Positions 30,319 to 40,363 are shown, numbered from the stretch's first letter. The stretch: DNA of 63,473 bases from an uncultured archaeon (GCA_964645535.1 CAZYCQ010000013.1:1-63473); one strand, 5' to 3'. The notes: generated by a model from the sequence alone, not told the origin. A program made the numbers and translations.

Positions 30319-30713
30319 AACCCCTCTACATCTTCATCGATACCAATGTTTTGATGCACGCTCCTGAATGGAAAGTAAGATTTGTATCCGAATTGGATCG
30401 AATCATTCCTTACAAATATAAAATCGTCATTCATGAACGTGTTTTTTCAGAACTTCTAGATGCCTATGAACAAGGAGGTGCTCTTGGACGTCGAGCAAAA
30501 CTTGCCATCGATTTGAGTCCTCAATTTGAAAGCTATGAAGACGATCAGGAATATCCCGGAACCGATGCTGCATTGCTCGAAGCTGCAAAGAAAGAAGGTG
30601 GTGCGGTTCTTACATTCGATAAGGGACTGAAGAAACGATGCAAGGAAGCAGGCGTTCCAGTCATAACCATTCATGGATCTAGACAACTGATGATTGATGG
30701 CTATCTTGGCTAG
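30315..30713 (+). CDS. PIN-domain protein (Fcf1/Utp24-like)
   Basis: IDTNVL, SEL, TDAALL, TFDKGL; conserved position after eif2g. Confidence 0.88.
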   Translation: MKPLYIFIDTNVLMHAPEWKVRFVSELDRIIPYKYKIVIHERVFSELLDAYEQGGALGRRAKLAIDLSPQFESYEDDQEYPGTDAALLEAAKKEGGAVLTFDKGLKKRCKEAGVPVITIHGSRQLMIDGYLG

Positions 30714-30802
30714 TGATATGTAACACAATTATTTTAATTGTGGCAAATTTAAGATGGTTACGAGATACCATCTCGTCCTAGGCAGAACTTTTTGGAGCCA
30801 CA

Positions 30803-31387
30803 TTGCTTATGTACTACATCAGCCAAATTACCGATACATTGAGAGTTCCTCCAAGCAGATTCGATGAAGACTTGAAATCCATTTTGCTTGAACTTGCAAG
30901 GGAAAGTCTAGAGGAGCGGATCTTCCCTGAGTTGGGCTTTATCGTTGCGGTACTTGAAGCCGAGGAAATAGGGAAGGGACGGCTCATTCCACAGGAAAGT
31001 GGTGCGTTCTATCCTTGTGTGTTCAAGGTTCTTTGCTATAAACCAGAACGGAATGAAATTGTCCAAGGAAGGGTGGTTGAAGTTGTTGATTTCGGTGTCT
31101 TCATTCAAGTCAGTACCGTCGAATGCCTCTGCCACAAATCGCAAATGGGGGATGACTATTTTGTCTACAAAGATTCTGACAAAGCCTTGGTAGGCAGGGA
31201 GACTGGTAGGAGAGTTAGCAGAGATGATATCATTCGCGGAAGGATTGCGGTTGTCGGTCTCCAAAAAAATGCAGTCAGAGTCGGTATCACCACCCGCCAA
31301 GCAGGTTTGGGAAAACTTGAATGGATTGAGGAATGGAAGAGGGAACTTGAGGAGAAACGCAAAAACGAAATTGTCGAAGAAATATAG
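30803..31387 (+). CDS. rpoE1: RNA polymerase subunit Rpo7 (E')
   Basis: RVPPSRF, S1 domain GRVVEVVDFGVF, GLGKLEWIEE. Confidence 0.95.
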   Translation: MLMYYISQITDTLRVPPSRFDEDLKSILLELARESLEERIFPELGFIVAVLEAEEIGKGRLIPQESGAFYPCVFKVLCYKPERNEIVQGRVVEVVDFGVFIQVSTVECLCHKSQMGDDYFVYKDSDKALVGRETGRRVSRDDIIRGRIAVVGLQKNAVRVGITTRQAGLGKLEWIEEWKRELEEKRKNEIVEEI

Positions 31388-31435
31388 ACGACGTAACCCT
31401 ATCGATCTTGTTAAGAAAGCAGATAAGGAAAAAGA

Positions 31436-32515
31436 TTGATGACCCTTCTTGGAGGATCCATTGATGATTTGATTCCTCAGATGCGATCTGAAGATCTTAT
31501 TTTGAAACCAAAAAAAAGAGGTTTCCGATTCTTTGAAATTTTATTTTCCATTTCCGCGATAGCACTTATCTATCGCCTTATCATCAATCCACAAAACAGT
31601 ATGCTTCCCCTTGCTCTTTTGGTGATCTCTTTTTTTCTGCTCCTTCGAAAAAGAGCAATTGATAGAGTTTTTGTCATTTCAGAGCAAGGTCTGGTCGTTC
31701 CGTCCACTTGGCTCACTCAACGAGTCATCCCTTGGAATGAAGTCGTCGATGCCTATCTGGAGGATGTAGTTGATGAATATGGAAACCAGAAGAAGGGTTT
31801 ACGAATCACATTTGATACCGAATGGGAGAAGCTTAATTACACAGGTCTTTCCGATCCCTCCTTGCTTCTTCTAGAGGACGATTTTGATGGTGATCGTCTA
31901 CAGAGGTTTCATGAACGCCTGCAATTTTTCAGGAAGCAGTTTGGAACAGCGCCTGATACATTGAATCAACGTCTCAAAAAACAGGTGGAACGGGCATGGC
32001 ATAAACGCAATAGACGGATCATATTGCTTTGGATCGATAGTGTCACCGAAATCGGCTTTGCATTTCTCCTACTTTTCATCCTCGCTTTTGGATTAACTGG
32101 AAGCTTGGATTCATGGGTATTTGTCCTTGGACTTTATTTTTCATTTGGGATTCTTCTATTCGTTTTCTATTGGCTTACACAGAGACCTTATTCCATTTTA
32201 GGACTTCGACCGCATGAATTGGGTGCTGTGGATTACCTGCCCGATGATGTCGTGACCAACATTCGTTTTGTGTTGGTCTGCGAACCCTATCCGGTTTACC
32301 TGAAACACGCAGAAATGATTTATGACCATGATGAGAACCGCCCTATCCAAGTTTCAAATTTTGTTCAAATTCATCCTGAGGTTGTCTCTCCCGGTGAACT
32401 AGCCCATGGTGTCGCCCAAATCACGGGAAACCATGTACAGGCCAAAGGAGCAAAAATCACGCTGTCTGTAGGTGAGAATGAGACTGAATACACCATTCCC
32501 ATTTATTGGAGGTAA
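31436..32515 (+). CDS. Hypothetical membrane protein
   Basis: Two TM pairs flanking a bacterial-PH-like segment (ISEQGL...IPWNEV). Confidence 0.6.
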   Translation: MMTLLGGSIDDLIPQMRSEDLILKPKKRGFRFFEILFSISAIALIYRLIINPQNSMLPLALLVISFFLLLRKRAIDRVFVISEQGLVVPSTWLTQRVIPWNEVVDAYLEDVVDEYGNQKKGLRITFDTEWEKLNYTGLSDPSLLLLEDDFDGDRLQRFHERLQFFRKQFGTAPDTLNQRLKKQVERAWHKRNRRIILLWIDSVTEIGFAFLLLFILAFGLTGSLDSWVFVLGLYFSFGILLFVFYWLTQRPYSILGLRPHELGAVDYLPDDVVTNIRFVLVCEPYPVYLKHAEMIYDHDENRPIQVSNFVQIHPEVVSPGELAHGVAQITGNHVQAKGAKITLSVGENETEYTIPIYWR

Positions 32516-33600
32516 GGCAGGCGAGAAAAATGAAAGATAAGAGAAAAATACTTCACATAACTCATACCCTGCCTGACATTCGGGTAGAGAAGATGATGTT
32601 GGGTGGAAAGGATCTTGGTTTTGATGTCGAAATCGCAGTTGAAAGATTCAATGGATTTTGGTTCAAAGATTTGGAGCATACTAGGGTTCACATTTTTCCC
32701 TCAAGTGCCATGGATCAATTTGGATTCCGGAAAACCTCGGTCACGGCAATCCAGGATATAATCAAAAAAGTTGATCCGGACATCATTCACGCACATGACA
32801 TTTACATTGCTCACTTTGTTTCTCAAGCAACAGATCGTCGATTTGTTTATGATGATCATGAATTTTGGAGTAAAAATGTGGGTTTGAAGAAACCCCAAGG
32901 CTCCATCTTTCGGAAATTGAAGAGAAGTATCGGATTGGCCATTAGGCGTCGAACGGTTCCAACTTGGGAAAAAGAAATTCTACAGAACAATGTTGTAATA
33001 ACGGTAACAGATCAAATTGCAAACCACCACCGAAACTATTCTAGAGATGTTTTCGTGATCGAGAACTTTCCCCATAGCAAAGAAATTTCCGATATTCCAG
33101 AGCAAAAAAGGGAGAGGGATTTAGGTGTGTATATTGGAAAAGATTTGACTATGGAAGGTTCTCCTTACAGGGATGCGTCTGAATTTTTGAAATTTGTACA
33201 GGATCATGGAGAAATCAAGATGATGGTTGTTGGAGACAATAATATTTCTTCCAACAATCAAATCATCTCGACTGGCTTTATTCCCCATACACAAATCCTC
33301 AAAACAATCTCCAATGCTTCTTTTGGTTTCTTGCCATGGAAACCCCATCCCGATCATGCCTTTTTTTGTCCAAACAAAATTTACCTTTATGCTCATGCAG
33401 GTTTGCACTCTATTCTTCCTAAAACTTTTGTCAACCATAATCTGTTATCATTTGCATATTTCGAAACATATGATGATTTCCTGACAATCATGCAGAACCC
33501 ACCGACATTTACTCCAAAAGAAATTATGCAGCATGCAAGGGAAGAATTGGTTTTTGAAAGAAGGTATGACGAATTGAAACAGGCCTATAATATATTATAG
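32506..33600 (+). CDS. Glycosyltransferase family 4-like protein
   Basis: DIRVEK, PDIIHAHD, VYDDHEF, PNKIYLY. Confidence 0.8.
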   Translation: MEVRQARKMKDKRKILHITHTLPDIRVEKMMLGGKDLGFDVEIAVERFNGFWFKDLEHTRVHIFPSSAMDQFGFRKTSVTAIQDIIKKVDPDIIHAHDIYIAHFVSQATDRRFVYDDHEFWSKNVGLKKPQGSIFRKLKRSIGLAIRRRTVPTWEKEILQNNVVITVTDQIANHHRNYSRDVFVIENFPHSKEISDIPEQKRERDLGVYIGKDLTMEGSPYRDASEFLKFVQDHGEIKMMVVGDNNISSNNQIISTGFIPHTQILKTISNASFGFLPWKPHPDHAFFCPNKIYLYAHAGLHSILPKTFVNHNLLSFAYFETYDDFLTIMQNPPTFTPKEIMQHAREELVFERRYDELKQAYNIL

Positions 33601-33608
33601 CTTATGAT

Positions 33609-34715
33609 TTATTTCGTTGGGAACACTATTTTCCCATTAAGGTGCCGGTTGACTATTTCTTTTACTATTTTCTTGCTGGCGTTGCCGTCACCGTATGGGT
33701 GCGGCTTATCCACCTTGAACTTTCCATCCAGTACATCTTGCAGGGCACTCAGAATACAATCAACTCTTAACCCGCATAATCTGTTTGCACCCATTTCTAT
33801 GCTTTCCACCCATTCCGTAGTGGTTCTTAACGTTATTGCAGGAATCCCCGCAATAAAGGCCTCTTTCTGTAAACCTCCACTGTCTGTCAGGAGCGCCTTT
33901 GCATTCGAAAGCAAATTGACAAAATTCAGATACCCCTGAGGTTCCATCAAATGAACATTTTTTTCATTTTCCAATTGTTCCAGCATTCCGAATTTCTTGA
34001 AATTGTTCTTGGTTCGTGGGTGAATGGGGAAAACCACCGGCAATGGCGCATCCCTGAGGACTCGAAGTATCAGTTCGAGATTTTCCTTCGTATCCACATT
34101 TTCAGCCCGGTGCATCGTTGCAAGAAAATATTTTTCTTTTTCGAAGGGGGGATTTATTCCTAATCTATTCGCTTTTTTCATGGCGAATTCAAGCGCATCA
34201 ACCATTGTATCTCCTGTGAGGTATATCCATTCCTCATTTACTCCTTCCCTCAACAGATTATTCCTTCCCTCTTCAGTCGAAGTAACAAGCATAGAGGAAA
34301 CACGATCCACCAATATGCGATTGATTTCCTCTGGCATTTTCCAATTATGTGATCGTAGTCCTGCCTCAAGGTGAATGACTGGGATATGCAATTTCACAGA
34401 AGCCAAAGCTCCTGCCAAAGTTGAATTTGTATCTCCGGGAACAAGAACATATGTTGGTTGTTCCTCCATGAGAATTTTCTCAATTCCTTTAACCATTTCA
34501 CCTGTTTGATAACCATGAGTTCCTGAACCGATGTTCAGATTATAGTCTGTATTTGGAATTTCCAAATCTTCAAAAATTAGGCTAGACATGTTGGTGTCAT
34601 AATGTTGACCTGTATGAATATGGACTAGGTTAATTTGCTCCTGCTCAAGAGCATGAATGATAGGTGCAAGCTTGATGAATTGAGGTCGTGCACCTGAAAC
34701 GATCACCAATTTCAT
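33609..34715 (-). CDS. wecB: UDP-N-acetylglucosamine 2-epimerase
   Basis: GARPQFIK, HTGQHYD, GDTNST, HLEAGLRS, PEEINR, TDSGGLQKEA. Confidence 0.96.
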   Translation of the reverse strand: MKLVIVSGARPQFIKLAPIIHALEQEQINLVHIHTGQHYDTNMSSLIFEDLEIPNTDYNLNIGSGTHGYQTGEMVKGIEKILMEEQPTYVLVPGDTNSTLAGALASVKLHIPVIHLEAGLRSHNWKMPEEINRILVDRVSSMLVTSTEEGRNNLLREGVNEEWIYLTGDTMVDALEFAMKKANRLGINPPFEKEKYFLATMHRAENVDTKENLELILRVLRDAPLPVVFPIHPRTKNNFKKFGMLEQLENEKNVHLMEPQGYLNFVNLLSNAKALLTDSGGLQKEAFIAGIPAITLRTTTEWVESIEMGANRLCGLRVDCILSALQDVLDGKFKVDKPHPYGDGNASKKIVKEIVNRHLNGKIVFPTK

Positions 34716-34781
34716 TAAATGGAAGTTATTTCCTGTTCTTTTAATGAATATGATTGTTTTCCTCCCATGAATTTGGTTTTG

Positions 34782-35288
34782 TCAACTCAATTTTACTGAT
34801 ATAATGTCCTTGTTTCTCAACAGCAGTTCCAATATCCGTGCCGGAATTTTTCGATCGGTTACGATTGTCATTGTGCTTTTGACGGAAAGTTCTGGATCCT
34901 TCGCAAGAATGAAACGAATGACCAGATCCTCGTCAGCAAGAAGCTTGGTCGCTTTGGCAGCAATCCCCACACTTGATGAAAATGCCTCGATTTCCATGAC
35001 TCCTTCAAACCGATCCTTATTCATCCGAGCGACATCCGATATGTCTGCTACCGGTTTAAGGAAACCAAAGACTCTCATCAATTCCTCATTCTTTCTTATG
35101 GATCTGATGGTTTCTTCGACAACCTTCCGATCCACCTTTGCTGCTTTCGCAACCTTTGTGATTGAAAGCATAACGGGTCCTGCATAAATTCCGTCTGTTC
35201 CTATGCTAAACCCATATTCCAACATGAGCTCCACTACTTTAAGTCTTGATGGGGTGTTTTGAAAGACCTTAAGGATTTCTTCCCACAT
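34782..35288 (-). CDS. trpY: TrpY-like HTH/ACT regulator of amino-acid metabolism (COG2150)
   Basis: MW start, HTH VAKAAKVDRKVVEETI, ACT-like GIAA...DPEL; divergent from trpEG. Confidence 0.75.
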   Translation of the reverse strand: MWEEILKVFQNTPSRLKVVELMLEYGFSIGTDGIYAGPVMLSITKVAKAAKVDRKVVEETIRSIRKNEELMRVFGFLKPVADISDVARMNKDRFEGVMEIEAFSSSVGIAAKATKLLADEDLVIRFILAKDPELSVKSTMTIVTDRKIPARILELLLRNKDIISVKLS

Positions 35289-35302
35289 AAGACATGGTAG
35301 TT

Positions 35303-35362
35303 GGTACAAAAATAAAGGCTTAATGGAAAAAGCTGAGTAAAATGGGGCAAAAATGTACATTT
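35303..35362. promoter_or_regulatory. Candidate TRP boxes (GGTACA 35303-35308; TGTACA 35354-35359 within palindrome aaatgtacattt)
   Basis: Match to the TGTACA TrpY operator consensus in the regulator/trpE intergenic region. Confidence 0.5.
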
Positions 35363-35535
35363 GCTATGGGGAATCTCCGGATTTGTGGTTGGTTCTGTTT
35401 TTCCATGAGAATTCTTGACTATCAACCTAATCAACTATATTTTGTGTGGATTAATCAACTTCTTCCTTACAATTCTCGAAATGTTCCTCAGGTTTCATTC
35501 TCCCGTATTATATTCCTTGCCTTGGATTTTCGATT

Positions 35536-36903
35536 GTGCATAAGATTATCCGAACTAAGTTGGAGGTATCTCTCTCCCCTTTGGAAATGTATAATTCCAT
35601 TAGGCATCGTTTTGCAACAACAATTCTCCTTGAATCTGGTGAGGGACCAGAATTCATGGCTAGACAAAGCATAATATGTTTTGATCCGATTCATGTTCTT
35701 GAAATCGAAAACAGAACTCTATCAATAGATGGTGAGCTGATCGCAGAAGGATATGACAAAATATTGACTTCTCTTAGAGGATTGATCGCAAAATATCAGG
35801 TGGCGACCGAAAAAATGTTTGCAGGTGGTTTGGTTGGATATGTCGGATTTGATTTCTTTGAATTGATTGAAAACCAGAAAATGAAACCATCCATTGATCA
35901 GTTTCCAACATCAATTTTGGGGTTATTCCTCGATGGAATCGTTTATGATCATCTTAATGGAGAAATCCACTATTTTCATCATGAGCTGCTGAACAGTCGT
36001 TTACCCGCAATCAAGGAACTCCTGACAAAAAAAGTGACAACTCCAAAATCGGATCCACAATCTATCCATATAAATTTCAGTACGTCGGAACAAGAATTTG
36101 TCAAAAAGGTTGAGCAAGCCAAACAGAAAATCTCGGATGGTGAGGTCTTTCAGGTTGTCCTTTCACAGAAGGGCAAATTCAAATTTTCAGGGGCTCCGTC
36201 TACCCTCTATGAAAAATTGAGGAAACAAAATCCAAGCCCATACATGTACCTACTCCAATTTGCTGATCTATCAATAATCGGTACAAGTCCCGAACTCCTG
36301 ATTTCTGAAGAAAATGGTAAACTAGTTACCTTTCCCATTGCAGGAACCCGAAAGGTCTACCCTGATCGTGCCAAGATGAAACGAATGGAAAGAGAACTCC
36401 TTTCAGATCCAAAAGAACTTGCAGAGCACAATATGCTTGTGGATCTTGCAAGGAACGATTTGGGTCGTGTTGCCCGAATTGGGTCCGTCAAAGTAACAGA
36501 ATACAAACAAATCCAAAGGTTCAGTCATGTTATACATATCGTAAGCAAGGTTGAAGCGGATCTCGATACAGACAAAGACATGTTTGATGCTTTTGCAGCC
36601 GTTTTTCCAGCTGGTACAGTAAGTGGTGCACCTAAGATCCGCGCCATCGAAATAATTGACCAACTTGAAAAAGAACCGCGTGGACCATACGCAGGGTCTG
36701 TCGGATATTTCGGATTGGGAAAGAACATGGTTCAGGCAATAGCCATTCGTACTGCTTTCGGGATTAATGAGGACTTCTTCATTCAGGCAGGTGCAGGAAT
36801 TGTATATGACAGTTCTCCTGAGCTTGAATACAAAGAGACAATGAACAAATTGGCAATTTTCACTGAAGTCTTGCAAGGTGTTGATGGAGTGATCAGGAAA
36901 TGA
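35536..36903 (+). CDS. trpE: Anthranilate synthase component I
   Basis: LLES, NPSPYM, SPELL, PIAGTR, KELAEHNMLVDLARND, PAGTVSGAPK, QAGAGIV. Confidence 0.92.
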   Translation: MHKIIRTKLEVSLSPLEMYNSIRHRFATTILLESGEGPEFMARQSIICFDPIHVLEIENRTLSIDGELIAEGYDKILTSLRGLIAKYQVATEKMFAGGLVGYVGFDFFELIENQKMKPSIDQFPTSILGLFLDGIVYDHLNGEIHYFHHELLNSRLPAIKELLTKKVTTPKSDPQSIHINFSTSEQEFVKKVEQAKQKISDGEVFQVVLSQKGKFKFSGAPSTLYEKLRKQNPSPYMYLLQFADLSIIGTSPELLISEENGKLVTFPIAGTRKVYPDRAKMKRMERELLSDPKELAEHNMLVDLARNDLGRVARIGSVKVTEYKQIQRFSHVIHIVSKVEADLDTDKDMFDAFAAVFPAGTVSGAPKIRAIEIIDQLEKEPRGPYAGSVGYFGLGKNMVQAIAIRTAFGINEDFFIQAGAGIVYDSSPELEYKETMNKLAIFTEVLQGVDGVIRK

Positions 36904-37472
36904 AGAACGTTGTAATCATTGACAATTATGATTCATTCACCTATAATCTCTATCAGACAGTTTCATCGATAACTGGCTCAAAATGTCTGGTTTTCCGCAA
37001 CGATCAAGTCGGTCTCACGGACATCCTCGATTTGAACCCTTCACACATTATCATCTCTCCCGGTCCCGGTCATCCTGCCAAAAAGAGGGATTTTGGTGTG
37101 TCTAGGGAAATTTTCAGATCAGATTTGGACATTCCTGTCCTTGGTGTGTGTTTGGGACACCAAGGTCTCGGTTTTCTGAAAGGTGCCAAGGTATTGCATG
37201 CAAAGCGGATTGTTCACGGCAAACCGTCCATCATTGCCCACAATGGCGAATATCTTTTCAAAGGTTTGCCGGATGAATTTGAGGCTGGTAGATATCATTC
37301 TCTTGCCGTCTATGATCCTCCCTCCAATCTTGAGGTAACAGCAATTGCGGAAGATGGTGAAATCATGGGCATCATGGATACGGAAAATCCGTATTTTGGT
37401 ATTCAATTTCATCCTGAATCCATTTTGACACCACTCGGACCACAAATCCTCAAAAACTTCATTGCTCTCTAA
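36900..37472 (+). CDS. trpG: Anthranilate synthase component II (glutamine amidotransferase)
   Basis: IDNYDSFTYNL, SPGPG, GVCLGHQ, RYHSL, QFHPES. Confidence 0.93.
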   Translation: MKNVVIIDNYDSFTYNLYQTVSSITGSKCLVFRNDQVGLTDILDLNPSHIIISPGPGHPAKKRDFGVSREIFRSDLDIPVLGVCLGHQGLGFLKGAKVLHAKRIVHGKPSIIAHNGEYLFKGLPDEFEAGRYHSLAVYDPPSNLEVTAIAEDGEIMGIMDTENPYFGIQFHPESILTPLGPQILKNFIAL

Positions 37473-37562
37473 TCGAACCAAAATCTTTTTCCATTTCTGT
37501 CATGCAAACCACACAATAATCATTAGCTTATAATGATGGAACATTATTCAATTTGGTTTTCT

Positions 37563-38342
37563 CTAAAGAAAGTAAGTGATGACCATCTTTAATCCGACAC
37601 TCATGACCATAAATGCAATTACCATCCTGATCTGTTTTCGGTTTAATTTGTAATGCATAAGGTAGGATCCAAGAATTGCACCAAGGGCTGTTGCAATGAT
37701 ACCCCCAACCAAAATTTCAATTGGAATTGAAAGACCTAGGACAAGGTATTTGGAGTAGAAACCAAAGAAACTCGAAAATACAACTATGAAAGAAGTTGTG
37801 GAAGCAGCTCTTTTGGTTTCCATTCCAATTTTTAAAAGAAATGGAAGAATGATGGCTCCTCCACCAATTCCCAAAAGCCCTGCCAAGAAGCCGATGATCG
37901 CCCCAATTCCCAATGCAAGCAGTATTTCCCTCTTGCTCATCTCAACGGCACGTTCCTTTTCATGGTGTTTATTCATCCGTAAGATACCCCTGAAAATATT
38001 GAGGCTGATAAGGATCAAAGCAATTCCAAACAATAGTTTCAATTCTTCTCTAGGAACTAACGAGGAAAAATAAGATCCAACAGGTGTAAATAAGATACTG
38101 GCAACAATTATGGGAAGTGCTGGATAAAATTCAACCTTTTTCTCCTTAATGTGACGAATTGATGAAAATCCTGTAGAGATTGTATTGAAAAGAAGACCCA
38201 ATGCCATAGCTAAAGAAATTTCATATCCAAACTCTCCCAACAATGGAATAACTATGAATGCAGCTCCTACCCCTGCCAGTGCCATAATGGTCGTAAGGGT
38301 GAAAATCAATCCGAGCAGTAATATTTCGACCATCAAAATCAC
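37563..38342 (-). CDS. Sulfite exporter TauE/SafE family membrane protein
   Basis: GVGAAFIVIP and GLLGIGGGAIILP repeats, about 8 TM. Confidence 0.88.
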   Translation of the reverse strand: MILMVEILLLGLIFTLTTIMALAGVGAAFIVIPLLGEFGYEISLAMALGLLFNTISTGFSSIRHIKEKKVEFYPALPIIVASILFTPVGSYFSSLVPREELKLLFGIALILISLNIFRGILRMNKHHEKERAVEMSKREILLALGIGAIIGFLAGLLGIGGGAIILPFLLKIGMETKRAASTTSFIVVFSSFFGFYSKYLVLGLSIPIEILVGGIIATALGAILGSYLMHYKLNRKQIRMVIAFMVMSVGLKMVITYFL

Positions 38343-38989
38343 TTCTTTTTAACTATTCTGACCTCACCATTGTTATAATATTCGTCAGTTCTTCCCTCCG
38401 CACAGTCCCTGCATAGATACTTGTCATCAATTACTGTGGCATATTTCTTAACCACCACTTCACCACAGGATTCACACAATCCTTTCTCATATTGGTGTTT
38501 AGGTATGCTTACCTCAATTCCTTCAATCACTTCCACATCAAACTGATCTTGAGGAGGCATACCAAGAACCTTTTCAATCAATGGACGAGTAACTTCCCAA
38601 GGAACATCTTGAGGCGGATTTCCAGCCTTTCTTAACTTCATAAATTCTGAATTAAGGGCTTTTAGTAAAATTTCACCTTTAGGAACGACTCGTGCCGCCC
38701 GTCCTGTTTTTCGGTCAATCAAAATAAGACCAAATTTTCCCTTATAGGTCTTTGCTATGTTTCCTTTCCCTAATGTTGTACCTGCCATCATTTGGACACC
38801 ATCTGCAAAGCATCCTGCACAATGATTATCTCCAAGTTCCAATAGGGCAAATAATTCTCCCGCTTGGGATTTTGTTACTCCCAATGTATCCATAGCCACT
38901 TTTGCTGTTTTCAAACCTAATGGCATTGCAGGACATTTATGCCCATGAAGTTCAAATCCATACTGCACTAACCTGTCTGTTATCTGCAT
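38339..38989 (-). CDS. FmdE/FwdE family protein with C-terminal zinc finger
   Basis: LHGHKCPAMPLG, CFADGVQ, GKGN, CESCGE..LCRDC. Confidence 0.88.
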   Translation of the reverse strand: MQITDRLVQYGFELHGHKCPAMPLGLKTAKVAMDTLGVTKSQAGELFALLELGDNHCAGCFADGVQMMAGTTLGKGNIAKTYKGKFGLILIDRKTGRAARVVPKGEILLKALNSEFMKLRKAGNPPQDVPWEVTRPLIEKVLGMPPQDQFDVEVIEGIEVSIPKHQYEKGLCESCGEVVVKKYATVIDDKYLCRDCAEGRTDEYYNNGEVRIVKKK

Positions 38990-38996
38990 ACTTCAT

Positions 38997-39074
38997 AATT
39001 ATATTTTGAAATTTTTAAAATTATCTAAACAAAGCTATTCGAATGATAAATTTAAAAATGTCAAAATGATAATT
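38997..39074. promoter_or_regulatory. Long inverted repeat / symmetric divergent promoter-operator
   Basis: 38997-39025 aattatattttgaaatttttaaaattatc versus 39045-39074 gataaatttaaaaatgtcaaaatgataatt (near-perfect reverse complements). Confidence 0.7.
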
Positions 39075-39078
39075 TGTT

Positions 39079-39477
39079 GTGGACAACTATTTCGAAGAGT
39101 TCGAAGAAGCGTATAGGGAAGCACAAAAGGTAGGTGTCTGCTCTTGCAAAAACCTAGCTGTTTATGTCTCGAAAATTCAATCAGTCAAAGAAAAAATTTC
39201 TGAAGACATGACTGAATGGTATGAACAATTATTCAAAGTGCTTGCCAATGAAACTCGTTTGAAAATATTGATTTTTCTTATCAAACAGAAAAAATCCTGT
39301 ATATGTGAAATTGCCACAACATTTGAGATTGATCGTGGAACATTGACCTATCATTTGAAACTCCTGCGTCAAGTTGGTTTGATCAAGCTAAAAAAGGTCG
39401 GAAAGTCAAAACGGGTTTCAATTTCTGAAAATTATGATCAATTACTTCCTGGTCAATTTCTTCAAGACCTCTCTTGA
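39079..39477 (+). CDS. ArsR/SmtB family transcriptional regulator
   Basis: FKVLANETRLKIL, SCICEIA, TLTYHLKLLRQVGLI. Confidence 0.9.
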   Translation: MDNYFEEFEEAYREAQKVGVCSCKNLAVYVSKIQSVKEKISEDMTEWYEQLFKVLANETRLKILIFLIKQKKSCICEIATTFEIDRGTLTYHLKLLRQVGLIKLKKVGKSKRVSISENYDQLLPGQFLQDLS

Positions 39478-39560
39478 CAGTTCGTACAGATAGTCGCTGA
39501 AAAAGGTCTGGCGATTTCTTCATTGACACAAGCTGATTAAGAAGTTCCTGAACCCCCTCA

Positions 39561-40262
39561 TTACAAATTCAATTCTGCGATTACAGGTAGATGATCGCTG
39601 ATTTTGAAAAGTTCATTTGACTTGTTTGGGATTGACGCATCTCGTATTTCAATTTCTTGAGATGATAATATATAGTCAAGTCTCCACCCTTTGTTTTGGG
39701 TTCTTTTTCCATTGCTCCAATAGGTGTAAGCCCTCTTTCCAGGGTTTTTTACTCTGAATGCGTCTACAAGACCTAAATTTTTCATCAAAGATCTTTCTTC
39801 CTCCTTGCATCCAATGACTTTGCAGGGGTTGTGATGTACATCTAAACTTTCAAGTGCAATGTTGAAATCACCTGCAACTATCGTCTTTAACTTGTTTGAA
39901 AGATTTGTTGCTAGCATATGAAGAAGTTCGAGCTTTTGTTGGTAGGTTCCATTGTAACCATGTGGAACATACACGGAATAAATTGTAAGATCGAATGTTG
40001 ATACCCTAATTATCCTTCCTTTGACTATTTCATTTTCATTAGTTATGGGGATATTGGAAAGTATTGCAACCCCAGCCCTCCCTGAATTAGAATACATGGA
40101 ATGAGCAGAAAAATAGCTTGGAAACAATGATTCAATTTCATTTTTTGAGCAACGAGTTTCTTGCAAACAGATGATGTCCGGATTAAGATTGTCAAGGTAA
40201 GGAATCAATCCTCTTTTTGCAGCAGACCGCAGCCCATTGACATTCCAAGATACGATCTTCAT
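39561..40262 (-). CDS. xth: Exodeoxyribonuclease III / AP endonuclease
   Basis: SWNVNGLR, LQET, GDFN, YTYWS, GWRLDY, SDHLP. Confidence 0.93.
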   Translation of the reverse strand: MKIVSWNVNGLRSAAKRGLIPYLDNLNPDIICLQETRCSKNEIESLFPSYFSAHSMYSNSGRAGVAILSNIPITNENEIVKGRIIRVSTFDLTIYSVYVPHGYNGTYQQKLELLHMLATNLSNKLKTIVAGDFNIALESLDVHHNPCKVIGCKEEERSLMKNLGLVDAFRVKNPGKRAYTYWSNGKRTQNKGWRLDYILSSQEIEIRDASIPNKSNELFKISDHLPVIAELNL

Positions 40263-40363
40263 GATCCATCTTCTGAGTGTTTTTTGATAAGGGTTTTTAG
40301 TTTGTATTTTCTGCCGACATGAATAATTGCGTATAACATCAGCTATACGCGAATCCTTCTTGG

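Noticed and set aside
31385-31400. agacgacgta after rpoE1 resembling agacgttgta at the start of spt4 (about 62340) as an att site or target duplication
   Set aside because: Only 8 of 10 bases match, as expected by chance; no recombinase present
35342-35674. ORF upstream of trpE as a Trp attenuator leader peptide
   Set aside because: No tandem Trp codons or terminator/antiterminator pair; it runs out of frame into trpE
40330-40351. Integron attC-like site (gtataac start)
   Set aside because: No matching distal GTT core or longer imperfect palindrome, single copy, no integrase
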